From positions 4,774,001 to 4,838,000 of the forward strand of contig NC_043022.1 of assembly GCF_006345805.1 (NCBI RefSeq): a stretch of DNA of 64,000 nucleotides, given 5' to 3'. The position numbers were made by a program, and so were the translations under genes. Shown here in pieces: positions 1-11,885 of the stretch; position 1 is the first letter of the stretch, and each line of letters starts with the position of its first letter. This DNA comes from Octopus sinensis. Taxonomy: Eukaryota. The notes beneath the pieces are model-generated. The model searched no databases, was not told the origin of the DNA, and worked only from the letters and a program-made list of their open reading frames with translations.

Positions 1-378
1 GGAGCAATGTGAAATGAAAGGTTTTGCTCAAGGACGCAATGCTCACCCGGTCTAGGAATTGAAACCACAATCTTACGATCATGAGCCCAAGCAGGATGGG
101 AAGCTGGTCTGTCACTGGATGACTCCTTTTCGCCAGCTGAGTGGACTGGAGCAATGTGAAATGAAAGGTTTTGCTCAAGGACGCAATGCATCACCCGGTC
201 TAGGAATTGAAACCACAATCTTACGATCATGAGCCCAAGCAGGATGGGAAGCTGGTCTGTCACTGGATGACTCCTTTTTGCCAGCTGAGTGGACTGGAGC
301 AATGTGAAATGAAGGTAACAATACACAATACACTGCCTAGTCTGGGAATTGAAACCACAATCATACGATCATGATCCC
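1..378 (-). repeat. Tandem array (~2.5 units, period ~147-148 bp) of a tRNA-SINE fragment (family D)
   Basis: GGAGCAATGTGAAATGAA recurs at 1, 148 and 296. The reverse complement matches the SINE at 60559 and 61485 (CTTGAGCAA...TTTCACATTGCTCCAGTCCACTCAGCTGG). Confidence 0.8.
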
Positions 379-689
379 ATGAAAATTCTTCAGGATTTGA
401 AGCAAGAAAATACACAAGATCATTTTTAACCTCTTCATAATTAATAAACTATTTTCCCCTCAAAACAAGGCTGTAATAATCTGAAAAGATGATGGCCAGA
501 CGAAGCAAGGTCAGGAGATTAATGAGATTAAGATTAAGCAAAACTGCCATATTTTGTGCCAGAATCTTTTCCTGATCTGAGCTGTGTGTGGTCCTGAATT
601 TTCCTCTAAGAGCAGTATCTCTTTATGATTGACCAGTGACGGATGCTTTATCAGTGAGTTTTTGTATAATGCTTCCACTTCTCTTTCTC

Positions 690-923
690 CTTTTCTTTTT
701 TACTTGTTTCAGTCATTTGACTGCGGCCATGCTGGAGCACGCTATAGTCGAGCAAATCGACCCTGGGACTTATTCTTTGTAAGCCCAGTACTTATTCTAT
801 CGTCTCTTTTGCCGAACCGCTAAGTGACGGGGACGTAAACACACCAGCATCAAGTTGTCAATCAATGCTAGGGGAACAAACACAGGCACACAAACATATA
901 CACACACATATGTATATATATAT

Positions 924-965
<42 letters not shown>

Positions 966-1131
966 TACGACAGGCTTCTTTCAGTTTCCGTCTACCAAAT
1001 CCACTCACAAGGCATGGGTCGGCCCGGGGCTATAGTAGAAGACACTTGCCCAAGATGCCACGCAGTGGGACTGAACCCGGAACCATGTGGTTGGTTAGCA
1101 AGCTACTTACCGCACAGCCACTCCTGCGCCA
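690..1131 (-). mobile_element. tRNA-derived SINE, family A, full length
   Basis: Reverse strand reads GGCGCAGGAGTGGCTGTGCGGTAAG (A box) ... GGGTTCAGTCCC (B box) ... CTTGGGCAAGTGTCTT (CORE-like), then a central TA/TG microsatellite and the tail CCAGCATGGCCGCAGTCAAATGACTGAAACAAGTAAAA. More than 15 copies in the window. Confidence 0.9.
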
Positions 1132-1529
1132 CTTGACAACTTCTCCACATTAACCGTTTCATTTTGGTTTAACGCTTCATGATAAATGACACCCTTGTCT
1201 CACCAAACACAGAGCCTAACTTTTTTGCAGGTCTAGTCCTGCTTTGGAAATGGATTTTCCTCATTCTTTGGGTGTTGACCATTTGTCTTTTACATTGGAT
1301 CTGATTTACAGGGAACCCACTTTTCATCCCTTGTGATGTTTCTATCATAGAAAGATTCAGCAGCAAGTTCATTCTTCAATTACAAACAGGAGACAGCTCT
1401 TTGCTTAAACGGAGGAACAATCAAATACGAGAGACCCATGGACCAAAACTAGGCACTTTTCCTATGTCCTGAAAGTATTTCATGATCAAAGTGCAACTTG
1501 TGTTGAACTGTTCTCCTAATTCTCAAGGA

Positions 1530-1950
1530 CAGAGGTGTAGCTAAGACGGGAACAAGGAGAGCACTTTCCTCACCGACCTCCAAAAACATATTTCAAAATT
1601 GGTGCCTTTTTAACATTTTTAAAACTCTTTACTTACCTGTATCAGTATTCTTTTATTCATTTCAGTAATTTGGCAGTGGCCCTGCTGGAGCACCACCTTG
1701 TAGAAGTTTCATTCATTCTTTTATTCCTTTACTGGTTTCAGCCAGATGCTGGTGCCATGCTGGAGCACAATAACATTGTTACTGAAATATGAAATTAATG
1801 AATGTAGAATACAATTGCATATATTATAATTAACAAAATATTTTGTGTAATATAAAAGAAATGGATTAAAAATTGTTTGGTATGTGTCACAGCACCTTTC
1901 TCTTTTATGTGCCCACCCCCACCTAACTTCAGAACCTGGCTACACCTCTG
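1530..1950. mobile_element. MITE with 12-bp TIR CAGAGGTGTAGC (hAT-like), containing SINE tail fragments
   Basis: CAGAGGTGTAGC at 1530 and GCTACACCTCTG ending at 1950. The TSD is degenerate. Confidence 0.6.
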
Positions 1951-2077
1951 CTTATGCTGTTTGCTTTGGATGTACCTTGACTGCAATTTTTAGAAAGTCA
2001 ATGTCGACAGAATTTGGTCATCCAGATTAAGAGGTATCTGCGAAAGAAAAATTTCCTGAGCAAAACTGGTCAAAGCA

Positions 2078-2299
2078 TCCTTTTGATACCAACCCACCTG
2101 AAACCGCCTCTGGTTCTGTAGTAAAAATGTCTTGTTTTCAAAAGTTCTGAATTAAAATCTTCCACCAAACCTTAGTCACAATTTATGTTCCTAACACTAG
2201 CTGAATGATAACAAAGTTATTTTACCAAAATCTTTGTTATATTTAAAATCAATTGAAAGAAACTCAGAGCATCTCAACAGGAATATGGTAACGAAAGGG
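2078..2299. mobile_element. piggyBac-like MITE, copy 1
   Basis: Ends GGTAACGAAAGGG|TTAA and is closely similar to the copy at 2392-2613. Confidence 0.75.
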
Positions 2300-2391
2300 T
2301 TAAAGACAGTCAGTCAACTTCAATTTGCTCAAGATTTGGCTGCTGTTTCTAACAAGTCAAACAATTATGTGAAACAAAATCTGCAAATTAA

Positions 2392-2613
2392 CCCTTTCGT
2401 TACCAATCCGCCTGAAACCACCTCTGGCTCTGTAGTAAAAATGTCTTGTTTTCAAAAGTTCTGAATTAAAATCTTCCACCAAACCTTAATCACAATTTAT
2501 GTTCCTAACACTAGCTGAATGATAACAAAGTTATTTTACCAAAATCTTTGTTATATTTAAAATCAATTGAGAGAAACATGGAACATCTCAAAAGAAATAT
2601 GGTAACAAAAGTG
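2392..2613. mobile_element. piggyBac-like MITE, copy 2
   Basis: Starts TTAA|CCCTTTCGTTACCA (TTAA target, CCC terminus). Related ends occur at ~20695 and ~20826. Confidence 0.75.
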
Positions 2614-2769
2614 TCAAAGCTTTATTTCCATAGACAGAATGCATATTCCTTGTTGCTTCCATTGCTGAAGAATCCCTTAAGAATTCCTACTGCATGCAGT
2701 GTCTGATATGGGTCTGTTCTAAACTCATTTTAAAAGGGTAGAAATCAACATAAATTTAACCACCATGGT

Positions 2770-2852
<83 letters not shown>

Positions 2853-3270
2853 TGTGTACAGTGCTCAGGTGCACTACAACTCATCTAAAGTGTATAAATA
2901 ATCAGGTGTAGTTTCGGCGGATTTCGGAAAGCATGAGGGCCTTAAAGGATGCAGTGTCATGGCAGTCAACAACTGACGCAGGCAGTTTATTCCATGCTTC
3001 AGCAACTCTGAGCGTGAAAAAATGTTTCCGAAAGTCATGGGAGCTGTGCTGTTTTCTGACTTTGTAGGCATGTCCACGTGTGTTGGACACATGGAGATCA
3101 AAAAGGTGTTCAGTGTTGTTGTTGGTGAGGTAGTTGATAACTTTGTCGATGTTTACCAAGTCCGTCGCCAGACGCCGGAGCTTCAGTGAATCCATGCCCA
3201 GGGAAACAAGGCGCTCAGAATAAGGTAGGTGTCTGATGGAGGGTATGCGTTTGGTTGCACATCTCTGGAA
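2770..3270 (-). mobile_element. CR1-clade LINE, 5'-truncated 3' end with (TTA)n tail
   Basis: ORF2 C-terminus QRCATKRIP..LPYSERL..L..L..RRLATDL..TRGHAYK...RKHFFTLRVAEAWNKLP, typical of CR1. Confidence 0.88.
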
Positions 3271-3388
3271 TCCACAAAGAAACAAACAGACGTCAAAATG
3301 GAAAAATTAATGCTTATTTTATTTGAGAAAGTACTCTCAAAATTATTGCATGGAAACTATGATGGGACTTTCTTTCCAATCTAATATA

Positions 3389-3929
3389 CAGTAGTGGCCA
3401 TAATATAAGGGTCAGGAAGAACAGGCATACTGAAATATTTATTCTAGAAGATTAACAAAATGTTGAGACTAGAACAATCTTCCAAATTCTGCTGCAATTT
3501 GGAAGATTGTTTGTTTATTTCCTCATCACTTAAGAAATATTTATTCCATTCACTTAAAAATTTCATGAAAGTTAGATATTAGACATGTCTAAATATGTGT
3601 AAAATGTCTTCTCTCAATTTTGTATAAGTGCACACATTTATGACATATATATCATCATCATCAGCATCATCGTTTAGCGTCCGCTTTCCATGCTAGCATG
3701 GGTTGGACGGTTCAACTGGGGTCTGGGAAGCCAGAAGGCTGCACCAGGCCCAGTCTGATCTAGCAATTTTTAGAAAGTCAATATTGACAGAATTTGGTTG
3801 TTAATCTTCTACAATAACATGGTGCCCCAGCATGGCCGCGGCCTTCGGGCTGAAACATTTTTAAGGATTTAAGGAAAAACTATTTCAATGCACTTGTTCC
3901 TACTGACCCTTAAATTACGGCCACTACTG
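3389..3929. mobile_element. Tc1/mariner-type MITE with ~36-bp TIRs and TA TSD, with nested SINE and LINE-tail fragments
   Basis: TA|CAGTAGTGGCCATAATATAAGGGTCAG at the left end and CTGACCCTTAAATTACGGCCACTACTG|TA at the right end. Confidence 0.8.
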
Positions 3930-4119
3930 TATATGTGTGCGTGTCTGTAGACATGTGTGCGTTTCACAGTATCAGAGTGTTGATCAGACCATCAGATGCT
4001 GTTATACACCACTGGTCACAATGCGTTTCAAATTCTGTTGTGATTGTGCCATTCTTTTTCATCTGGAAAAGACTTTCTATCTAGAAAGGGTATGGCCTGG
4101 TCAGCCTGTAATGACATGC

Positions 4120-4597
4120 ATAAGATCTGGTCATCAAATCCTAAGTAGAGACTTCAAACTTGAAATCTTCAAAGCCACAGTCAAACCAATTCTACTATTG
4201 GCTCAGAACCTGGACGTTATCAAAGAAGCTTGAGAGGCGGTTGGATGGAACCTACACTCGCCTCCTTATGAGAGCTCAAATCTCTCGTGGAAGCGCCGTC
4301 CAACCAAATGCCAATATATGGAAACTACCACCTGTTTCATCTCTTGTGAAAGTAGGAGAGTCCAGTTTGCTGGACATTGTTGTAGAGCTGAAAAAGAAGT
4401 AATTTCTACTCTTCTCCTCTGGAAGCCATCTACTCGCAATACCAGAGGGTGCACACTCTCCTACCCTGATGTAATCTCCAGGGATACACGCATCCAGCAA
4501 CAGGACCTCCGTAATGCCATGATGGACCGTGAAGTCTGGCGTAGCATGGTAAATTCCATCGTCTCGACCACGGTCGAACAATGATGATGATGATGAT
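4120..4597 (+). mobile_element. RTE-clade LINE 3' fragment, frameshifted, with (TGA)n tail
   Basis: KLEIFKATVKPILL / TWTLSKKLERRLDGTYTRLLMRA / RRVQFAGHC.R / AMMDREVWR across three frames. Confidence 0.85.
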
Positions 4598-4639
4598 TTT
4601 CATCTCAACCCAACTTGCTTAACTAAATCATCTTCCCAT

Positions 4640-4835
4640 CATCATGGAGGCCTTCTAGGTGGCCCTTTCTGATCTCTTGGATGCCACTGAGCAACCGAAG
4701 GGCTCCACCTGTTGTTTGTGAATCTTGCAACATGTCTGGTGTGGTGCAACTTTTGCTTTTGGTACTCCGTGACCACATCGTTCACTCTCTGCTCTGCTCT
4801 CATATTATCTCGTTTCGAATGTGCTCTCACAACGA
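4640..4835 (-). mobile_element. RTE-clade LINE fragment, older second family
   Basis: KL...RHVARFTNNRWS..VAQWHPRDQK.P.RRPP matches the RTE C-terminal motif. Confidence 0.65.
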
Positions 4836-4904
4836 TATTCCTAGCATGTGCATGTATGTATCATCGTCGTCACCACCACCACCACAACCACCATCATCAT
4901 CATC

Positions 4905-5130
4905 CTCATCATCATTCAACATATGTTTTCCGTGCTGGCATGGGTTGGACGGTTTGACAAAAGCTTACCAGCTGAAGGGCTGTTCAGGCTCCATGTCTGT
5001 TTTGGCATGGTTTCTATAGCTGGATGCCCTTCCTAACGTCAACCACTCTGAGAGTGTAGTGGGTGCTTTTATGTGCCACTGGGACGAGGGCCAGTCAGGC
5101 GGTACTGGCATTTTTTGCATGCCACTGGCC
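4905..5130 (-). mobile_element. SINE family C, 3' part, (TGA)n-tailed
   Basis: Reverse strand GTTAGGAAGGGCATCCAGCTATAGAAA...AACCCATGCCAGCACGGAAA...(TGA)n. Other copies at ~3652, 15838, 17766, 19445, 26880, 35813, 53660 and 58695. Confidence 0.75.
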
Positions 5131-5778
5131 AGGAGTCAGATAGATAGATAGATAAGTAGATAGATACATATATACATATATGCATATATATAATATATAT
5201 ATATATATGCATATATATATATATACATACCACACACACATATATAATATATATATTTATATACACACTCATAGATATATACACACATGTATGCATACAT
5301 GTGTGTATGTTTGCATACTGTATAAACTTAGCCTAGTATAGAAGCCAGGGTGTATATAGCACTTAGTAATCTCTACATGTAAATTAATATATCTTCAATC
5401 TAATTAAAATTAATGATAACCATATATGTGTGTGCAGGGTGTGTATAGTGTGCATAATATAAACATATATTTATATATGCAGACACACAACCACACGCAC
5501 TTACACACATACACATGCACTCACACATATGTACATTCATATACACACACATGTTTATGTAAACACATACTTTTAAATCAAAGGGTATGAGATTCTTTTT
5601 TATATTGTTTGCATGTGTGTGTATGGCTGTGTGGTAAGATCCTTGCTTCTCAACCACATGGTTCTGGTTTCAATCCTACTGCATCGTACTGTGGGCAAGT
5701 GTCTTCCAGTAATAGCCTCAGGCTAACTAAAGCCTTGTGAGTGGATTTGGTACACTGAAACTGATAGAAGCTTGTTGT

Positions 5779-6440
5779 CATCATCATCATCGTTTAACAT
5801 CCGTTCTCCTTGCTAGCATGGGTTGGACAGTTCGACCGGGGATCTGGGAAGCCAGAAGGCTGCACCAGGCTCCGGTCTTATCTGGCAATGTTTCTACAGC
5901 TGGATGCCCTTCCTAACGCCAACCACTCCGTGAGTGTAGTGGATGCTTTTTATGTGCCACCCGCACAGGTGCCAGGCGAGGCTGGCAACGGCCACGGTCG
6001 GATTGGTGCATTTTACGTGCCACCGGCACGGAAGCCAGTCGAGGCGGCACTGGCTTCAGCCACGATTCGGATGGTGCTTTTTACGTGCCACCGACACGGA
6101 CGCCAGTCGGCGGCACTGGCTTCGGCCACGATTTGGACGGTGCTTTTTACGTGCCACCGGCATGGAAGCCAGTCGAGGCGGCACAGGCTTCGGCCACGAT
6201 TCGGATGGTGCTTTTTACGTGCCACCGACACGAAAGCCAGTCGATACATATATATATATATAGATACATATATATATATATATATATTTACACACACACA
6301 CACACATATATATATATGAATTGGCTCCTGTGCTGGTGGAATCCATGCGTGGGTCCTTGCCAGAACCACCTGACTGGCTCGCCGTGCCGGTGGCACGTAA
6401 AAAGCACTACCCAAACGTGATCAGTGCCAGTGCCCCCTGA
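5779..6440 (-). mobile_element. SINE family C with an internal ~65-bp tandem repeat expansion
   Basis: Unit TTTTTACGTGCCACCGGCACGGAAGCCAGTCGAGGCGGCACTGGCTTCGGCCACGATTCGGATGGTGC repeated about 4-5 times at 5945-6245. An inverted piece lies at 6362-6440. Confidence 0.8.
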
Positions 6441-6589
6441 CTATTTTTTATATCGTATATTTATTTTGTAAACAAATGATACAATATTACATAAACATTT
6501 TATTATGTTTCTTTTTTTTTCTGGAAACTCGCAGTGTACTGGCACACGGACTGTCACCGGTCTGCAGACCACCACTTTGAGTAGCTCTG
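6441..6589 (-). mobile_element. hAT (Charlie-like) transposon terminal fragment
   Basis: Reverse strand begins CAGAGCTACTCAAAGTGGTGGTCTGCAGACCGG, resembling hAT-Charlie termini. Confidence 0.5.
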
Positions 6590-6627
6590 GTTTACATGAC
6601 TCCTGCACGTATATATATATATATATA

Positions 6628-7042
6628 AGATCCTGGAAGGAATTGTGCCAAATTTTGGCATTGTAAACTACACCAATGCTAGAATGGGACAACACTGCAT
6701 AGTGCCAAAGATCCCAGCAATGCCATCACGCTTCAGGACCAGCTTCTGCAACAGCCTGGGTTTCAAGGGCCCACAGCTTTTTAATATTCTCCCAGAGAGT
6801 CTGAGGAACTTGCACAAAGTGGATGTAGCGGTTTTTAAATCAAAGCTGGACATCTTCCTGTCAAGAGTCCCAGATGAACCTACCTCACGGCAGGAGGTGC
6901 AAATGAGGGTAGCTATATCAAACTCCATTCTTCACCAAGTGCCACATATTAGACGAGGTTCGTCATAATAACAGTGTAGCACAAGACGGCGGTGCATCAG
7001 CATGGCCACAGCTCTGAGCTGAAACTAGGAAAAAAAGAAAAA
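6628..7042 (+). mobile_element. L2/CR1-group LINE 3' fragment
   Basis: NSLGFKGPQLFNILPESLRN...FKSKLDIFLSRVPDEP, then a 3'UTR ending CAGCATGGCCACAGCTCTGAGCTGAAACTAG plus an A-rich tail. Second copy at 11385. Confidence 0.8.
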
Positions 7043-7125
7043 TATATATATATATATAGTCCATAAATGACAGAGAAATATTTAGATGAATTTTTGTTTA
7101 ACAATAAAAAATCATAATTTGTTCC

Positions 7126-7545
7126 GGCTGTGTGGTAAGTAGCTTGCTTACCAGCTGCATGGTTCAGGGTTCAATCCCACTACATGATACCTCGGGCAAG
7201 TGTCTTCTACTATAGCCTCTGGCCGACCAAAGCCTTGTAAATGGATTTAGTAGATGGAAACTGAAAGAAGCCTGTCGTATATATGTATATATATATATGT
7301 GTGTGTGTGGTGTGTGTGTTTGTGTGTATGTTTGTGCATCTGTGTTTGTCCCCCCCAATATCACTTGACAACTGATGCTGGTGTGTTTATGTCACCGTAA
7401 CTTAGCAGTTCGGCAAAAAGAGACCGATAGAATAAGTACTAGGCTTACAAAAGAATAAGTCCTGGGGTCGATTTGCTCGACTAAAGGTGGTGCTCCAGGA
7501 TGGCCACAGTCAAAATGACTGAAACAAGTAAAAGAGTAAAGAGAA
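7126..7545 (+). mobile_element. SINE family A
   Basis: Head, CORE-like segment, microsatellite and tail as at 690-1131. Confidence 0.88.
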
Positions 7546-7747
7546 TCTCAAAAAAACACGGAAATAACTTGATATTGATATCATATTTGATATTAAACGA
7601 ATTACTTGCATTTGTGCACTTATACAAAATGAACCAAATTCGTCATCATATTTGGATTTTTTATCGTTAAATAAAGATTCATCTAATATATCTGTGCCAT
7701 TTATGACTTTATACACCACTCCTTATTCTTTTCTCTTTTCTCATACT

Positions 7748-7913
7748 CAGGGCCGGGCCCCAGGCTTTCTGGCGCCCTGGCCAGGCTGAACTTTGGCATG
7801 TACAAGCTGACGGTCATGGAAATTTCCTTGTCTTTGTCATGCCCTCCTTGCCACCCCCAGCACATGGTAACCCGGGTGACTGCCTGAGTTGTCGGTACCT
7901 TGAGCCAGCCCTG
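7748..7913. mobile_element. hAT-type MITE
   Basis: TIRs CAGGGCCGG / CCAGCCCTG. The 8-bp flanks CTCATACT and ATCATATT match at 6 of 8 positions. Confidence 0.7.
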
Positions 7914-8029
7914 ATCATATTATATATTCTATATGTTTTGTAGAATGATACATTTAGGAGCTTTTTTATGAGTAACACTGGATTAATTGAATCCATATAT
8001 TGTGACTTAAATTCTGCATGTATATATAT

Positions 8030-8075
<46 letters not shown>

Positions 8076-8882
8076 TCTCTTTTACTTGTTTCAGTCATTA
8101 TTTGACTGCGGCCATGCTGGAGCACCACCTTTAGTCGAGCAAATCGACTCCAGGACTTATTCTTAGTAAGCCTAGTACTTAATCTAATCGGTCTCTTTTG
8201 CCGAACCGCTAAGTTACAGGGATAGACCACACCACCAGCATCGGTTGGGGGACAAACACAGACACACAAACATATACATATACACACACACAAACATAAC
8301 ACACACACACACATATATATTAAGTAAATATCTCGAAGACATCGGATCATGAAAGAACTAACAACAAGATATATATATACGATGAGCTTCTTTCAGTTTC
8401 CGTCTACCAAATCCACTCACAAGGCATTGGTCGGCCCAAGGCAATGGTAAGGTGCCACGCAGTGGGACTGAACCCGAAACCATGTGGTTGGTAAGCAAGC
8501 TACTTACCACACAGCCACTCCTGCACCTATATATATATTTATAATAATAAAGGAATATCAATTCCGGCGTCACAGGGATGAGATATTCAAGTTAAGAATA
8601 TTAAGTTGAATTATTCTCAATAAATAAATACATATATATCAAAGTAGCAGTTGGAGACAGAAATCCCCATTTGTTATATTTTTCCTTTATATATATTTTT
8701 TTAGGCGTAATTCACATTTAACTCTTAATTAATTATGGCTGAAACTACAGGGTTCAATGAAATTATTTACACATCTCTATGTTTTTGATATACTAGAAAT
8801 TTATTTATACATCTGTTTAGTTTGATATACCTTTACGTTGAAATATATAATGATAGATAAAATTATAAACGGGGGATAGGTG

Positions 8883-8977
8883 GACCTGAAGATTGGGGTT
8901 GTATATAAGAGGAAGGTTCTGTAAGAGACTGCGTGTCTCATGGACATAGTATACAAACTCATGAAACCCGTGTAGTC
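8883..8977 (+). ncRNA. Type I hammerhead ribozyme motif with extended stem II
   Basis: GAC-CTGAAGA-tTGGGGTTGTATA...TATACAAACTCAt-GAAA-CCCGTG-TA-GTC. Stem I GAC/GTC, GUA cleavage triplet. Confidence 0.7.
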
Positions 8978-9939
8978 GAAAACTTTGAATATGAATAGTA
9001 AGTATTAAATATAATATTCTAAGACATGGTTGAATTTATATTCTGATTTGATGATTGTCACTAATTGATCAGTGTGTGTGTATGTATGTATGTATAAAAG
9101 AGTAAAAGAGTGTTATATATATATTATATATATATATATATACTCTCTTTTACTTGTTTCAGTCATTATTTGACTGCGGCCATGCTGGAGCACCACCTTT
9201 AGTCGAGCAAATCGACTCCAGGACTTATTCTTAGTAAGCCTAGTACTTAATCTATCGGTCTCTTTTGCCGAACCGCTAAGTTACAGGGACGTAGACACAC
9301 CAGCATCGGTTGGGGGACAAACACAGACACACAAACATATACACACACACAAACATACACACACACACACACATATATTAAGTAAATATCTCGAAGACAT
9401 CGGATCATGAAAGAACTAACAACAAGATATATATATACGATGAGCTTCTTTCAGTTTCCGTCTACCAAATCCACTCACAAGGCATTGGTCGGCCCAAGGC
9501 AATGGTAAGGTGCCACGCAGTGGGACTGAACCCGAAACCATGTGGTTGGTAAGCAAGCTACTTACCACACAGCCACTCCTGCACCTATATATATATTTAT
9601 AATAATAAAGGAATATCAATTCCGGCGTCACAGGGATGAGATATTCAAGTTAAGAATATTAAGTTGAATTATTCTCAATAAATAAATACATATATATCAA
9701 AGTAGCAGTTGGAGACAGAAATCCCCATTTGTATATATTTTTCCTTTATATATATTTTTTTAGGCGTAATTCACATTTAACTCTTAATTAATTATGGCTG
9801 AAACTACAGGGTTCAATGAAATTATTTACACATCTCTATGTTTTTGATATACTAGAAATTTATTTATACATCTGTTTAGTTGGATATACCTTTACGTGAA
9901 ATATATAATGATAGATAAAATTATAACGGGGGATAGGTG

Positions 9940-10032
9940 GACCTGAAGATTGGGGTTGTATATAAGAGAAGGTTCTGTAAGAGACTGCGTGTCTCATGGA
10001 CATAGTATACAAACTCATGAACCCGTGTAGTC
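9940..10032 (+). ncRNA. Duplicate hammerhead motif with GAAA reduced to GAA
   Basis: Copy of 8883-8977 lacking one A in the core, either a mutation or a sequencing error. Confidence 0.5.
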
Positions 10033-10163
10033 GAAAACTTTGAATATGAATAGTAAGTATTAAATATAATATTCTAAGACATGGTTGAATTTATATTCTG
10101 ATTTGATGATTGTCACTAATTGATCAGTGTGTGTGTATGTATGTATGTATAAAAGGTAAAAGA

Positions 10164-10203
<40 letters not shown>

Positions 10204-11384
10204 TATGGGGAGAGAGAGAGAGAGAGATACACACATATATATATGCATATATGTATATAGACATAAACCTCTAAACTAATATATTAATAAACACACACAC
10301 ACACACACACATGCATATATACACCCACATATGTTTCTATGCGTTTACACATCCATCAACAAAGTACATATATAGAAATCTATTTGCATACGTCCACTCT
10401 GCCATATTGCATGACGCATTTATGTGATTGCTGCTTCCATATTTACATATTTACAGTGACGATGCCTGACTGGAATCGGTCGAGGACAAGATTCATGGCA
10501 TCGGATCAAAATTACTCCAAGAGAAGCAATATGGCAGCCGATCAAAATCGGTTGGAAGCAACCAATATGGTTGTTAAATGAAATTAACCCAGATGAAATG
10601 AAATGGCATGTATTGGGGGTCTTGGAGTGGGGGAAGCTGTTTGGGTTTGAAGGTGGAGGAGGCAGGCAATGGCGGTGGTAAAGGGGGGAGGGTAGAGTAA
10701 GGAGAGCAAGGAGCAGGGGAGTGGAGGATCGTGGAGAGAATAATAAGTAAATATCTCGAAGACATCGGATCATGAAAGAACTAACAACAAGATTGATACG
10801 TCTTTAATTCCGACACCATTTCGCATCGCCGACAACGGAATCGTTGACCTGCTTCACCTTGTTCGCAACACGCGCAACTTTCGGAACCGCGATCTTCATA
10901 ATGTTAACAACGTCTGTCGGATTTGTAAAGTTATCGTCCATCACACCACAATGCTCCCCCCAACGCACACCGACCTGCCCCACCTCCCCTCACACATAGC
11001 GGCATCATTCTACATCGATGACATCATAATTGCATCCCCCCTCCCATCCATACGATGCTCAATGCAAATGCTGCCCGTCGATGCCTAGTTTACCAATTTC
11101 TGTAGATTAAATTTTTGGCGCCATAATCTTCGGTTAATTAGCAACTGACCTGAACCAAACAGATACCTCCATGTAGCAATATTTGCAGACATGTATTACT
11201 ACATGGTGGTATAGTCTGCTAGAAATTGCAGCCAAATATCCTTCAGGTCTTCCGTTGATGTCTTACTATAAGAAAAGGATAAATGAAAGATGTGATGGGC
11301 ATGGTTGGATGGCTTTGGTCATAGAAGTCAACTCTATATGGATTGAACTTTAACACCACCACCATCGCCACCACCACTGTCAGT

Positions 11385-11755
11385 TACACACACAGCAGAA
11401 TGAGGTGCCACTGCCTAGTACCGAAAATCCTAACATTGCCATCAGGATTCAGGAGCAGATACTGCAACAGCTTGGGCTTCAAGGGCCCACAGCTCTTCAT
11501 TATCCCCCCAAAAAGCCTGACAGGCCTGCATGGTGTGGATGTAGGCTTTTCCAAAACAAAACTAGATCTCCTTCTGTCAAGAGTTCTGGATGAATCTTCC
11601 TCAAGGCAAGAAATATGATGAGGGTAGCAACGTCAAACTCCCTCATTCACCAAATGCCACATATCAGTGGAGGCTTAGTGAAAGTGAAGCAAATCAAGTG
11701 GTGGTGCTCCAGCATGGCCACACCCCTCAAGATGAAACTAGAAAAGAAAGAAATA
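11385..11755 (+). mobile_element. L2/CR1-group LINE 3' fragment, same family as 6628
   Basis: YCNSLGFKGPQLF...KTKLDLLLSRVLDE; tail GGTGCTCCAGCATGGCCACA...GAAACTAG. Confidence 0.78.
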
Positions 11756-11885
11756 ATATATATGCCTATACATGTTTATTTATATGGAAATGTATATATA
11801 TTTCTGAAGCAGGTCGTAGGCTTCAAACATACAAAGAAGACTTTTCTTTTTGCTGAGCATCAAACTAATACACTTATATATATAA

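Larger units (their letters stand above)
8073..10168. repeat. Tandem duplication, two units with period ~1.06 kb (SINE A plus hammerhead-bearing element)
   Basis: Identical ORFs at 8358 and 9416 (offset 1058). The units differ mainly by 1-bp indels. Confidence 0.9.

Noticed and set aside
7814-8573. Recurrent ORFs such as QASFSFRLPNPLTRLWSARGYSRRHL and LFQSFDCGHAGA
   Set aside because: Translations of SINE family A, not host genes.
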